From Spirochaetota bacterium (GTDB lineage Bacteria > Spirochaetota > UBA4802 > UBA5550): a stretch of 64,000 nucleotides of DNA. Positions 28,394 to 38,709 of the stretch are shown here, one piece after another; position 1 is the first letter of the stretch; every line of letters starts with the position of its first letter. Both the position numbers and the translations under genes were made by a program. The stretch is taken from the NCBI GenBank assembly GCA_035403465.1, contig DAONFG010000002.1, positions 123,835-187,834 of the forward strand, in the 5' to 3' direction. The notes under the pieces were generated by a model. The model worked only from the letters and a program-made list of their open reading frames with translations, was not told the DNA's origin and ran no database searches.

Positions 28394-28849
28394 GTGTTTA
28401 AAGGATCAATGAATAATATGATAAAGACCGGTAAAATAAACGTGATAAGATATACCAGGATAACAGGCATATTCCTTCTTATCATATCCCTCTATGCCTG
28501 TTCCCGTAATGTATATGAATACAGCAGGCTGGAGATCTATATTCCTGCCGGAATCAATATAGAAGAAAAAGAGATCCGCGGAAGGCTTGCGGCTTTAAAG
28601 CATGCAGATGATAACGGTTTTACACTTAGAATTACTGTTTATAGTTTTTCACAGGGTGCAGAGATTATAAATTTTTCAACCGGTGACCAGTTCAGTACAG
28701 GGAAGGGTAAAGCATGGATTAAGGCGCTGGTCCAGGTAAAGAGCGGTGCCGAAATAGTATGTGCTGATTTTATTGAAGTTTCAGGGGAAGGCAGGGAGGA
28801 CCTTCTTGACAGGTTCGGCTCAATGATTCTTGAGATTTCCGGAAAATAG
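28394..28849 (+). CDS. hypothetical lipoprotein
   Basis: Signal peptide with a lipobox (IFLLIISLYAC). No recognised domain. Confidence 0.5.
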   Translation: MFKGSMNNMIKTGKINVIRYTRITGIFLLIISLYACSRNVYEYSRLEIYIPAGINIEEKEIRGRLAALKHADDNGFTLRITVYSFSQGAEIINFSTGDQFSTGKGKAWIKALVQVKSGAEIVCADFIEVSGEGREDLLDRFGSMILEISGK

Positions 28850-28865
28850 GGGCGGTTCCCTTTTA

Positions 28866-29297
28866 CTATTTTGCTGCCGGTTTAAATATATCTTCAGGCA
28901 GGATGCGGTTCTTTTCGTATTCGGCCTTGATAACGTCACCGGCTGATGTGCGCAGGTCATTGGCTATTGTGCATCTCCCCTCAAGCAGTACACCGTTTTG
29001 AATGATAAGTTCAGGTGTCCTGATATCGCCGAATACCTTGGCTGTAGGCATAAGAAGAACACGGCTTGTGGCATTTATATTACCAATAATCAGTCCTTCA
29101 ACTATTACAGATACTGCATCAATTGTGGTTTTCACGCGTCCTTCAGCACCTATATAAAGCTGATCAGCCTTGAGAGTTTTGCCTTCAAAACGGCCGTCGA
29201 TCCTGAGTGACCCGTTAATATTGAATGATCCGGTAAAAAATGATTTTTCACCGATTACATTACCTGATGAGTCCCCTGCCATTTTTACTATTGCCAT
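28866..29297 (-). CDS. bactofilin family cytoskeletal protein
   Basis: The beta-helical DUF583 repeat pattern (IGEKSFFTGSFNINGSLRIDGRFEGKTLKADQLYIGAEGRVKTTIDAVSVIVEGLIIGNINAT) is typical of bactofilins. Confidence 0.8.
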   Translation of the reverse strand: MAIVKMAGDSSGNVIGEKSFFTGSFNINGSLRIDGRFEGKTLKADQLYIGAEGRVKTTIDAVSVIVEGLIIGNINATSRVLLMPTAKVFGDIRTPELIIQNGVLLEGRCTIANDLRTSAGDVIKAEYEKNRILPEDIFKPAAK

Positions 29298-29603
29298 AAT
29301 GTGTCACTCCTCTGATTCAGCTTATTTGTTCATGTCAGATTGTCGAATATTGTCAACATGAATTTTTTATTACAACACTGCATGCTCATATATAGCGCCC
29401 AACCGGCATCTTTGTCTCAAAACAATGAACAGATTTGAGGATTGATGTTTTTCAATAAAAATTGAGTTCATTAACACAAACAATGTTCATAAAATACTTG
29501 ATTAATATACCTCATTTTTTTTGATAAAACTAATAATACAGGGTATAATAAAAATAAGCAAAAATGCTATACGCATTTGTATTGCTCAAGCAGGAGGAGA
29601 TCC

Positions 29604-31508
29604 ATGGCGTTTAACACATTAAAACCGGTTCCACCAAGAATCAATTTTACGGAAAAATATAACAAGGACAGGGGTATCCTTGAAAAGGATTTTCAGAAGC
29701 ACCTGGATGAATGGAAACAGACTGCCGTGATGGTGGTAAACCTTGCTAAAAAATACGGGAACAGGCAGGAGCTTCACCACAAGGTTTACGGGCAATGGGA
29801 ACATTTTACATGGAACCAGGTGTCGGAAATGATGTTTGCAACAGCAGGTGCTCTCATAGAATACGGTCTAAAAGAATGCGACAGGACCGGGATATTCTCA
29901 CCAAACAGGGCTGAATGGCATTTATCAGACCTTGGCTCGCAGCTTATGAGGTGTGTACCTGTACCGATTTACGCAACCAACACCGAGAAAGAAGCTGAGT
30001 ACATTGTGAACGATGCTGAAATAAAAGTTCTGTTCGTTGGCAGGCAGATGCACTACGACAGGTCATATGCGCTGCTGGATAAATGCCCTTCTCTTGAAAA
30101 AATAGTGGTATTTCACCGCGGCACAAAAATCCACGACGACAAACGGGTTGTTATGTGGGATGATTTCCTTGAAACAGGCAGGAGGGCCGGGCACAGGGCG
30201 AAGATAGAAGAGATAATGTCGCGCGCTCATTATGATGACATGTGTACAATTATATACACATCGGGGACTACGGGCGAACCTAAAGGCGCGGTGCATACAC
30301 ATAAAACCCTTATGCAGAACTCCTGGGGAGTTGGACGCTATGTGGAGGGCCATGGTTATTTTTCTGATAATGACTCCACACTCTGCATGCTTCCCCTGAG
30401 CCATGTCCTCGAAAGGTCATGGGATTACGGAATTTTTTCCATGGGTATGCATATCTGGTACTGTGAGGACCACAACCAGATTCTGGAACACCTTGTTGAG
30501 GCAAATACAACAGTTATGAACAGCGCTCCGCGGCTCTTTGAAAAAATATATTCAACACTTTATACAAAGATTAAAGATGCACCCCCGGTAAAGCAGAAAA
30601 TTTTTCACTGGTCTGCGGGAATTGCGAAACAGCATGGAGAGAAGGTGCTTGCAGGCAAAAGGCCCGGGCTGGCGCTTTCAATAAAAAGAAAAATAGCTGA
30701 CAAGCTTGTTCTTCACAAGGTGCGGGCTCTTTTCGGAAAGAACATGCACCATGTCAATTACGGAGGTGCGCCTCTTAACCCGGAAATTGAAAGGTTCTTC
30801 TTCAACTGCGGAATGCTGGTACTCTCCGGGTATGGGCTTACCGAAACATCCCCGGTTCTTACGATGAATGGCCCGCATTGTTTCAAGTTCGGGACAGTGG
30901 GGCCATGCTCTCCTCTTGTTGATGTAAGGATCGATCCGGAAACAGGGGAAATCCAGGCAAAAGGTCCTAACGTGTTTAAGGAATACTTCAAGAAACCGGA
31001 CAAGACAAAAGAAGCCTTTACCGGCGACGGATGGTTCAGGACAGGAGATATCGGAAAGTTTGACGAGGACGGCTACCTGATGATCACGGACAGGCTGAAG
31101 GACCTGATCATCACTTCAGGCGGAAAAAATATTGCACCGCAGATGATTGAACTGATAATGGCAGAAGATCATTTTATTGAATATATCGCTGTTGTGGGTG
31201 ATGCTAAGCAGTATATTTCAGCTCTGATCGTTCCGTCATATGAAAATCTTGAGGACTGGGCAAAGAAGAACAGTATTGATTTTTCATCCAGGAAAGACCT
31301 CATAGCCAACCCTAAAGTTAATGAGCTCTACAAAAAAATTATTGATGAAAGACAGAAAAACCTTGGCCAGGTTGAGCAGATCAAGAAGTTTACCCTGCTT
31401 GAACATGAGTTTTCACAGGAAACCGGTGAAATCACACCTACAATGAAGATAAAAAGGAAAGTGGTTAAGGAAAAGTATAAAGATCTGATTGAAGCAATGT
31501 ACCATTAG
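29604..31508 (+). CDS. long-chain fatty-acid--CoA ligase (AMP-forming)
   Basis: AMP-binding motif YTSGTTGEPKGA and a C-terminal KIKRK. The start was moved to MAFNTLKP, which has AGGAGGA 6 nt upstream. Confidence 0.85.
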   Translation: MAFNTLKPVPPRINFTEKYNKDRGILEKDFQKHLDEWKQTAVMVVNLAKKYGNRQELHHKVYGQWEHFTWNQVSEMMFATAGALIEYGLKECDRTGIFSPNRAEWHLSDLGSQLMRCVPVPIYATNTEKEAEYIVNDAEIKVLFVGRQMHYDRSYALLDKCPSLEKIVVFHRGTKIHDDKRVVMWDDFLETGRRAGHRAKIEEIMSRAHYDDMCTIIYTSGTTGEPKGAVHTHKTLMQNSWGVGRYVEGHGYFSDNDSTLCMLPLSHVLERSWDYGIFSMGMHIWYCEDHNQILEHLVEANTTVMNSAPRLFEKIYSTLYTKIKDAPPVKQKIFHWSAGIAKQHGEKVLAGKRPGLALSIKRKIADKLVLHKVRALFGKNMHHVNYGGAPLNPEIERFFFNCGMLVLSGYGLTETSPVLTMNGPHCFKFGTVGPCSPLVDVRIDPETGEIQAKGPNVFKEYFKKPDKTKEAFTGDGWFRTGDIGKFDEDGYLMITDRLKDLIITSGGKNIAPQMIELIMAEDHFIEYIAVVGDAKQYISALIVPSYENLEDWAKKNSIDFSSRKDLIANPKVNELYKKIIDERQKNLGQVEQIKKFTLLEHEFSQETGEITPTMKIKRKVVKEKYKDLIEAMYH

Positions 31509-31531
31509 TTTATGCGTTATGATTGATCAAG

Positions 31532-31562
31532 GCCGCGCCGGTTTACGGTGCGGCTTTTTTAT
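31532..31562 (+). terminator. rho-independent terminator after the CoA-ligase gene
   Basis: gccgcgccgg ttta cggtgcggc followed by tttttt. Confidence 0.55.
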
Positions 31563-31641
31563 ATTAATGATAATTTGATTGAATTAATACTTTACTCTCA
31601 ATAATATCAGTTTCAGTTACTTCAATATACAGGGAGAATTT

Positions 31642-32553
31642 ATGACTGTGACAAAAAGCGCCCCTCTAAAATTTATATGGGTTTCTATTGCCGCATCGGT
31701 TATTACCATTTCGCTTAAATCAACAGCATATTTGCTTACCGGTTCTGTAGGACTTCTCTCTGATGCGATTGAGTCATTCATTAACCTGGCCGCAGCGATT
31801 ATGGCCCTTGTTATGTTGCTGATCGCTTCAAGCCCGCCTGACAGGGAGCATCCTTTCGGTCACCATAAAGCGGAATACTTTTCCAGTGTAACAGAAGGAA
31901 TAATGATTCTGCTCGCGGCAATTGCAATCGGTGTTACTGCTATTGAGAGACTTTTGCGGCCGCAACCGGTTGAGCAACTGGGTATAGGTCTCCTGATTTC
32001 AACAGGTGCATCGCTGATCAATCTTAGCGTTGCAGTGATGCTGCTCAGAGCCGGGAAGAAGTACAGGTCAATAACACTTGAAGCTGACGGCAGGCATCTT
32101 ATGACAGATGTGTGGACAACGGGCGGTGTACTTGTTGCACTTTTGCTTGTGAAAGTTACAGGGTGGATAATCCTTGACCCGGTAATTGCGATACTTGTGG
32201 CTGCGAATATCGTTTTTACTGGAATAAAGCTTATTATTCGGTCAGTGTCAGGGCTTATGGATTCGGCACTTTCAGAGGATGAGCAGAATTCTATCAGCAA
32301 GGTGCTTGATTCATGCTGCACTGACGTGATGAAATACCACTCGCTTTACACAAGGAGGGCTGCAAGCAGAAATTTTATCTTCGTACACCTCCTTATGCCC
32401 GGAAATTGGGATATAAGTAACGGACATAAAATCACCAAGGAGATTGAACAGAAAATAAAAGATGTCCTCAATAATTCTGATGTGTTTATACATATTGAGC
32501 CGCTTGATGATCCCGATGCATTTGATGATTATCTGGAGCAGAAATCTACCTGA
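31642..32553 (+). CDS. cation diffusion facilitator family transporter
   Basis: Six TM helices with the CDF signature (GSVGLLSDAIESFINLAAAIMAL; HxxxD-like metal site) and a C-terminal cytoplasmic domain. Confidence 0.85.
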   Translation: MTVTKSAPLKFIWVSIAASVITISLKSTAYLLTGSVGLLSDAIESFINLAAAIMALVMLLIASSPPDREHPFGHHKAEYFSSVTEGIMILLAAIAIGVTAIERLLRPQPVEQLGIGLLISTGASLINLSVAVMLLRAGKKYRSITLEADGRHLMTDVWTTGGVLVALLLVKVTGWIILDPVIAILVAANIVFTGIKLIIRSVSGLMDSALSEDEQNSISKVLDSCCTDVMKYHSLYTRRAASRNFIFVHLLMPGNWDISNGHKITKEIEQKIKDVLNNSDVFIHIEPLDDPDAFDDYLEQKST

Positions 32554-33484
32554 CTTTTCCTTTTTCCGAATTTTCCCTGATTGCATTAAACCACAGCCTT
32601 GCAAAACTCTTCAGCCCCGCATTGGAAAAATGCACACCGTCATACCTGTTCTCCTTTGACACAAGTTTGTCGGTATCCGGGCCGCACAGTACCCCGCCTG
32701 TATTGTTAATAAACTCGACCTGCCCCTGCCGCACCTCTCTGCTGATGAAGTTTTTACTAAAATCATTCGGCTGGTACGAAGCAATGGAAACGTACATTGG
32801 TGCTGCCTGGCCGTATTCCCTGAATATGGCCAGGAGTTTACCCATCCGCGAAGTATATGTTGAATGGTCTGTACCCTCCAGGTTATCCTGCTCACCCTGG
32901 TGCCATAAAATATGTGTAAGCTTTATATTGTGCTTTGCCAGGTCTGCAAGGGTTTCTCTCAGGTATCCGCTGCATTCCCCATCTGTCCAGCACTCAACAG
33001 AGGTTGCGCCTATGCCTATTGTAACAAACACCACCTTTTCATACATGCCCGATTCAATAACCATGTCTGCGAACCTTGTCCACACCGATCCCTTTGGACC
33101 ATCAGCTCCCAGCATCGGGTCCTCTGCCAGGTAAAGATTCCCTTCGTAGTAATTGTATACTTCACGTCTTGAGGTGTAACAGGTCTCCCCGAAATTTGCA
33201 GAATTTGACTGCCCCAGCGCCAGAGCAACCATTACCTTACCGGAACCGGGCATAGACATCTGCGCAGGTGTGCGCCATGTTGTATCAGTTGCAATCCCAT
33301 GGCTTAATTCAATCCCGGTTTTCTGCTTAACTGGTACGGTAAAACATGATGATATGTTTAGAACAAATGTGAACACAATTGCTGTTTGTATAAAAATCTT
33401 AGCCAGTCTTTTACTTTCATGGGCTGGATCAAGCTGGAGCCAATGTTCATGAAGAAATTTCTTTTCATGCATGTAAATGATCAA
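32546..33484 (-). CDS. SGNH/GDSL-type hydrolase (sialate O-acetylesterase-like, DUF303 family)
   Basis: GQSN block (VALALGQSNSANFG) and a downstream GVHF (DGVHFSNAG). The N-terminal hydrophobic segment has a possible lipobox (LNISSC). It overlaps the speB 3' end by 20 nt, so it is the last gene of the polyamine operon. Confidence 0.7.
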   Translation of the reverse strand: MIIYMHEKKFLHEHWLQLDPAHESKRLAKIFIQTAIVFTFVLNISSCFTVPVKQKTGIELSHGIATDTTWRTPAQMSMPGSGKVMVALALGQSNSANFGETCYTSRREVYNYYEGNLYLAEDPMLGADGPKGSVWTRFADMVIESGMYEKVVFVTIGIGATSVECWTDGECSGYLRETLADLAKHNIKLTHILWHQGEQDNLEGTDHSTYTSRMGKLLAIFREYGQAAPMYVSIASYQPNDFSKNFISREVRQGQVEFINNTGGVLCGPDTDKLVSKENRYDGVHFSNAGLKSFARLWFNAIRENSEKGKVR

Positions 33485-34343
33485 GTCTCCTTGTAATAAT
33501 TCCCATCATATTATAAACAATTTGTGCTGCGGCAAAATCGGACACCCGTGAATCATTTCCAGGCGCCAGCTCGACAACGTCGAATCCCCTTATTCTTTTA
33601 TCAGCAGGAATCGAGTCGAGCATCATGAAAAAATCATGCCACATGATCCCGCCAGGGACAGGCGTGCCTGTATGCGGTATTACAGACGGGTCAAGACCGT
33701 CAACATCGACTGAAATATAGATGTCATCGGGAAAATCGTCGGGAAGTTCTATCGATGTTATTCTTTTCCTGTGTATTAGTGAAGCATCATAATACTTTAT
33801 ATTGTTGAGTATCCTGTACTCCTGCTCCTCAATGCAGTAGCTGCGCGTCCCTAACTGCACAATCTCCGCGCCCTGCTCATGCAGCCTGCGCATTACGCAT
33901 GCGTGTGAAAAGTCCGACCCGTGGAACTCGTCGCGTAGGTCTGCGTGCGCGTCAAAGTGTATCACCCCTGTCCTTCCGAAATGTTTTTTCATGGCCATCA
34001 CGGGAGCGTAGGACACAGTATGTTCGCCGCCAAGTACAACCGGGACCCTTCCGTCTGCCAGGATTGATGCTGTTATCCGTTCAACCTCAGCGAGTACAAT
34101 GGGCCCGCGCGCGGAACAGTCAACCGGTTCGCATGTATATATCCCGTGTTCAAGGGGAATTGTGATTCCGTCATATGCCTCAAGCTGATGCGATGCGGCC
34201 AGTATTGCTTCGGGTCCCCGCGATGTGCCGGTGCCGTATGAAACGGTTTTTTCGTAAGGCACCGGGATCACATGGAACAGGGAAGATTCAGGCGTCTGTT
34301 CCCCGGTTTCACTCTCAAGAAAATATGTCCTTGCCTTCTTCAT
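33465..34343 (-). CDS. speB: agmatinase (arginase/ureohydrolase family)
   Basis: Mn-binding motifs GGEHTVS, IHFDAHADL and SVDVDGLDPS. The context is speA plus carboxynorspermidine genes. It overlaps nspC by ATGA. Confidence 0.8.
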   Translation of the reverse strand: MKKARTYFLESETGEQTPESSLFHVIPVPYEKTVSYGTGTSRGPEAILAASHQLEAYDGITIPLEHGIYTCEPVDCSARGPIVLAEVERITASILADGRVPVVLGGEHTVSYAPVMAMKKHFGRTGVIHFDAHADLRDEFHGSDFSHACVMRRLHEQGAEIVQLGTRSYCIEEQEYRILNNIKYYDASLIHRKRITSIELPDDFPDDIYISVDVDGLDPSVIPHTGTPVPGGIMWHDFFMMLDSIPADKRIRGFDVVELAPGNDSRVSDFAAAQIVYNMMGIITRRLDHLHA

Positions 34344-35494
34344 GAAAGCCTCCCCCTGAAATCCTCGTATCCGAAACTTTTTTTATGCAGGACATCTCCG
34401 CTCTCCGAATCGTAGTAGATGATATCCGGAAGCTTTATGCCGTTGAATGTATTGGTTTTCACCATTGTATAGATTGCCATGTCCGTGAACACGACCCTGT
34501 CGCCGCGTTTCAGGGGTACAGGGAACGAATAATCACCGATAACGTCGCCTGCAAGACACGAGAGCCCGCCAAGCCTGTAGGTGTGCGGGTGCACACCCGG
34601 TTGGCCAGACCCGGTTATGCAGGGTCTGTAAGGCATCTCTATTACATCGGGCATGTGCGCCGCGGCAGATGTGTCCAGGATGGCGATCATCCCGTCGTTG
34701 TGGACTATATCGAGCACGGTGGACACAAGGAAACCGGCGTTCAGCGCGACTGCCTCGCCCGGTTCAAGGTAGACCTGGACATTGTATTTGTTCTTGAAGT
34801 TTATTATGAGTTCGCAGAGCAGGTCAAGGTCATAGTCAGGCCGTGTTATGTGGTGTCCACCGCCGAAGTTTACCCACCTGCACTGGTGCAGTAATTCACC
34901 AAAGCTGTTTTCAACTGCGGCCAAAGTACGATCCAGCGCATCGGAATTCTTCTGGCACAGGTTGTGAAAGTGCAGGCCCGATATGAATTCAGGCAGCTGC
35001 CCGGGAAAATGGCTGCGGGTTATGCCCAGGCGTGAGTGCTGTCCGCAGGGGTCATATATTTCAATTTCGGTTTCGCGGTGTTCAGGGTTTATGCGCAGTC
35101 CGAATTCTTTTATATCTGAATGCTTTTTAATCTCAGGAAGAAAATGCCTGTACTGCGACAACGAATTAAGTACTATGTGGTCTGAAAGCTCCACACATTC
35201 TGCAAAGTCCCGGTCACTGTATGCAGCTGCGAATGAATGCACTTCGCCGCGGAAATCCTCGCGCCCAAGCCTGGCCTCGTGGGGCGAACTTGCGCACGTC
35301 CCATCCAGGTATCCCGACACAAGTTTCGCGGCACTGAACATGGCGAACCCCTTGAGTGCAAGGAGTATCCTGGCGCCGGTACGGTGCCTGACCGTGTTCA
35401 GTGTATCAAGATTTTTTTTCAGCAGCACCCGGTCTATGACAAAGCATGGAGTTTCAAATCCGGAAAAGTCTGTCACAGGAACTTCTCCTTCCAT
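34340..35494 (-). CDS. nspC: carboxynorspermidine/carboxyspermidine decarboxylase
   Basis: PLP-dependent Orn/DAP/Arg decarboxylase fold with the characteristic N-terminus FETPCFVIDRVLLKKNLDTL…LLALKGFAMF. Confidence 0.85.
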   Translation of the reverse strand: MEGEVPVTDFSGFETPCFVIDRVLLKKNLDTLNTVRHRTGARILLALKGFAMFSAAKLVSGYLDGTCASSPHEARLGREDFRGEVHSFAAAYSDRDFAECVELSDHIVLNSLSQYRHFLPEIKKHSDIKEFGLRINPEHRETEIEIYDPCGQHSRLGITRSHFPGQLPEFISGLHFHNLCQKNSDALDRTLAAVENSFGELLHQCRWVNFGGGHHITRPDYDLDLLCELIINFKNKYNVQVYLEPGEAVALNAGFLVSTVLDIVHNDGMIAILDTSAAAHMPDVIEMPYRPCITGSGQPGVHPHTYRLGGLSCLAGDVIGDYSFPVPLKRGDRVVFTDMAIYTMVKTNTFNGIKLPDIIYYDSESGDVLHKKSFGYEDFRGRLS

Positions 35495-36651
35495 GGCAGG
35501 CCGTGTTTATTCAGCGCATCCATGAACGGGTCAGGGTCCATCTGCTCCATGTTAAAAACACCCTTCCCTTTCCACAAGCCCTTCATGACCATCATCGCGC
35601 CGATCATAGCAGGCACACCCGTTGTGTACGAAATTGCCTGGGACTGCACCTCGGCGTAGCACTCCTCGTGGTCGCAGATATTGTATACGTAGTATTCTTT
35701 CTCTTTGCCCGATTTTTTCCCTTTAATTACGCAGCCTATACATGTCTTACCTTTTGTGAGCGGACCCAGTGATGCAGGGTCAGGCAGCAGCGCCTTAAGG
35801 AACTGCAGAGGAACAATCTCAACGCCGTTATACTTAACCGGCTCGATTGATGTCATCCCTACATTCTGCAGAACTTCAAGGTGCTTCAGGTAATTTTCCG
35901 AGAAGCTCATCCAGAACTGCGCTCTTTTTATGGTCGGGATGTGTTTCACAAGAGATTCAAGCTCCTCGTGGTAGAGCCTGTAGATTGTGTATGTGCCCAC
36001 GTTTTCAGGACATTCAAAAGTTTTTTTCATGGACATGGGAGGAGTTTCTACAAAGTCGCCATTCTCCCAGTGCCTGCACTCTGCGGTTACCTCGCGGATA
36101 TTTATTTCGGGATTGAAGTTCGTGGCAAAGTGCTTGCCGTGGCTTCCGCCGTTCACGTCAATTATATCGAGTTCTGTGATTTCATCGAAATGGTGTTTCA
36201 GCGCGTACGCGGTGTACACGTTGGTCACGCCCGGATCAAACCCTGAACCGAGAAGGGCCATGAGCCCCGCTTTTTCAAAACGCTCCTGGTACGCCCACTG
36301 CCAGGCGTAGCAGAACCTTGCCTCGTCGCGCGGCTCGTAGTTGGCAGTGTCAACATAATGTACGCCGGTCTCAAGGCAGGCATCCATTATGTGCAGGTCC
36401 TGATAAGGGAGCGCCACGTTTATTACAACATCCGGCTTGAAGTCATTTATGAGATGTACAAGTTCAGGCACGTTGTCCGCGTCGACCCTGGCAGTACGTA
36501 TGGGCCTTTTTATCTGCGCGGCAATATGTTCACATTTTGAAAGTGTCCTGCTCGCAAGGCATATCTCTTCAAAAACTTCGGGCACCTGGGCACACTTGTG
36601 TGTTACCACCTGCCCCACACCGCCTGCGCCGATAATCAGCACCTTTCCCAT
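35473..36651 (-). CDS. carboxynorspermidine/carboxyspermidine dehydrogenase (saccharopine dehydrogenase family)
   Basis: N-terminal Rossmann motif MGKVLIIGAGGVGQVV. The length and context with nspC match CASDH. Confidence 0.85.
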   Translation of the reverse strand: MGKVLIIGAGGVGQVVTHKCAQVPEVFEEICLASRTLSKCEHIAAQIKRPIRTARVDADNVPELVHLINDFKPDVVINVALPYQDLHIMDACLETGVHYVDTANYEPRDEARFCYAWQWAYQERFEKAGLMALLGSGFDPGVTNVYTAYALKHHFDEITELDIIDVNGGSHGKHFATNFNPEINIREVTAECRHWENGDFVETPPMSMKKTFECPENVGTYTIYRLYHEELESLVKHIPTIKRAQFWMSFSENYLKHLEVLQNVGMTSIEPVKYNGVEIVPLQFLKALLPDPASLGPLTKGKTCIGCVIKGKKSGKEKEYYVYNICDHEECYAEVQSQAISYTTGVPAMIGAMMVMKGLWKGKGVFNMEQMDPDPFMDALNKHGLPWKEKFL

Positions 36652-36662
36652 ACAGCTCCTCC

Positions 36663-38582
36663 TTACTTTTCGTAGTATGTGTAGCCCCTGAGACCGTTAT
36701 CATATGCCGTCATGATCTCAAGACGTTCGTTCACCGTAATCTTTCCCTCGCGTATGGCCTGTTCCGCCATTTCACGGAAATCCACAAGCATCTGCCGCGG
36801 ATTGTACTCGACGTATGAAAGGACATCGGCCACTGTATCACCCTCAATCTCGCGCACTATGTCGTACTGCCCGTTGGGATTTATCCTGACGCTGGCAACA
36901 TTAGTGTCGCCGAAGAGGTTGTGCAGGTCGCCCAGGGTCTCCTGGTACGCCCCCACAATGAATATCCCCAGGTAGTATTCGCTCTCCTCTGTAAATTCAT
37001 GCAGCTGGAGTGTGTGGCGCACATCGTGCATATCAATAAAACTGTCGATCTTGCCGTCGCAGTCGCATGTTATGTCAGCAATAACGGCATTGCGCGTTGG
37101 TATCTCAGCCAGCCTGTGTATGGGCATTATGGGGAAGAGCTGGTTGATTGCCCAGCTGTCCGGAACTGACTGGAACACGGAAAAGTTGCCGTAGTATATG
37201 TCAGCAATTGCCAGTTCAATCTCGGAGAGGTCCGGGGGAAACGGTTTCATTTTTTTCTTTTCATTTGCAATGACGTTCATGATGTACCAGAAAATTGTTT
37301 CGGCAAATGAACGTTCTCTTAAACTTATTTTTCCGTGTTTGAACAGCTCGCGCACCTCGTCCCTGTAGTAAAGGGCGTCGTTGTAGCACTCCTGTATATT
37401 TTTCAGTGTCAGGGTGGTGAGTATATAGTATAAATTTTTCACAAGGTCATGCGCGCCCTCCGGGGGATTCTCCGGTATCTGCGCCACTTCAAACCTGGCA
37501 ACGTCAAGCACGTTGAACACGAGCACAGAATAGTAGGCAACAGTTGCCCTCCCCGATTCGGTTACTATTGTGGGGTGTGAAATCTTCTCCTCGTTCATAG
37601 TGGAGAGTACGATTTCAATTATATCAACACAGTATTCATCAATTGAGTAGTTGCGGCTGCTTGTGAAATTGGTATTCGAGCCGTCATAGTCCACTGCAAG
37701 TCCGCCGCCAAGGTCAAGGTAGCCCATGGGCGCGCCCTCTTTCACAAGGCCTGCGTAAATCCTTGTGGCCTCAACAACGGCAGAACGTATGTCGCGGATG
37801 TTCGGTATCTGCGAACCAAGGTGGTAGTGCAGGAGCTGGAGGCAGTCAAGCATGTTCTTGTTCTTCAGCAGGTCCACGGCTTCGATAACCTGCGTCGTGT
37901 TAAGCCCGAATATACTCCTGTCGCCGCCGGATTCCGTCCAGTGCCCCCCGGCCTTTGAAGAGAGTTTGATCCTGATCCCCAGGTTAGGCTTGATCTTCAG
38001 CTTCTCGGATCTCTGCAGTATCAGTTCGATTTCGCCCGGGATCTCCACCACGAAGAAGCACTTGAATCCCATCTTTACCGCGTAAAGGCCCAGGTCAATG
38101 AACTCCTCGTCCTTGTAGCCGTTGCATATGAGGCACGCCTCGCGGTCACGCAGTATCGAAAGCGCTGCGATCAGCTCGGCCTTGCTCCCTACCTCAAGCC
38201 CGTGGTGGTAGCGCTGCCCGAACCTTGCAACCTCCTCGACAACCTGCTGCTGCTGGTTTACCTTGATGGGGTATACGCCCCGGTACTCTCCCTGGTAGTT
38301 CCACTCCTTCATTGCTTTTTTAAAGGATTCATTAATCCGGGAGATCTGGGCATCCAGGATATTTTCAAAGCGCAGCAGGACAGGCATGTCCAGCCCGCGC
38401 TGTTTCAGTCCTGATATTATATCCATAAGGCTGACCTGCGCGTCTGACTTGGACCCGAAAGGGGAGATGTTCACCTCGCCCGACTGCGATATGTTAAAAT
38501 AGCCGGCGCCCCAGCTTTTAATGGCGTAAAGTTCTTCGGATTTGTCAATAGTCCAGCGACCCAGCAGCTCTTTTTTGATCAT
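36663..38582 (-). CDS. speA: biosynthetic arginine decarboxylase
   Basis: Typical SpeA N-terminus MIKKELLGRWTIDKSEELYAIKSWGAGYFNI and PLP-fold motifs. The start was moved from the ORF-track position 38723 to the Met at 38582. Confidence 0.9.
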   Translation of the reverse strand: MIKKELLGRWTIDKSEELYAIKSWGAGYFNISQSGEVNISPFGSKSDAQVSLMDIISGLKQRGLDMPVLLRFENILDAQISRINESFKKAMKEWNYQGEYRGVYPIKVNQQQQVVEEVARFGQRYHHGLEVGSKAELIAALSILRDREACLICNGYKDEEFIDLGLYAVKMGFKCFFVVEIPGEIELILQRSEKLKIKPNLGIRIKLSSKAGGHWTESGGDRSIFGLNTTQVIEAVDLLKNKNMLDCLQLLHYHLGSQIPNIRDIRSAVVEATRIYAGLVKEGAPMGYLDLGGGLAVDYDGSNTNFTSSRNYSIDEYCVDIIEIVLSTMNEEKISHPTIVTESGRATVAYYSVLVFNVLDVARFEVAQIPENPPEGAHDLVKNLYYILTTLTLKNIQECYNDALYYRDEVRELFKHGKISLRERSFAETIFWYIMNVIANEKKKMKPFPPDLSEIELAIADIYYGNFSVFQSVPDSWAINQLFPIMPIHRLAEIPTRNAVIADITCDCDGKIDSFIDMHDVRHTLQLHEFTEESEYYLGIFIVGAYQETLGDLHNLFGDTNVASVRINPNGQYDIVREIEGDTVADVLSYVEYNPRQMLVDFREMAEQAIREGKITVNERLEIMTAYDNGLRGYTYYEK

Positions 38583-38709
38583 GTAACCGCCCCCCTGCGA
38601 GATGATGTAAAGCCATGTGAAACGATTGTCCCGGGAAACGGGAAGGATAAAGAACATTTTGGTACACGGCCATATTTTACAATAAAAAAAAGACAGGATC
38701 AAACAAAAA

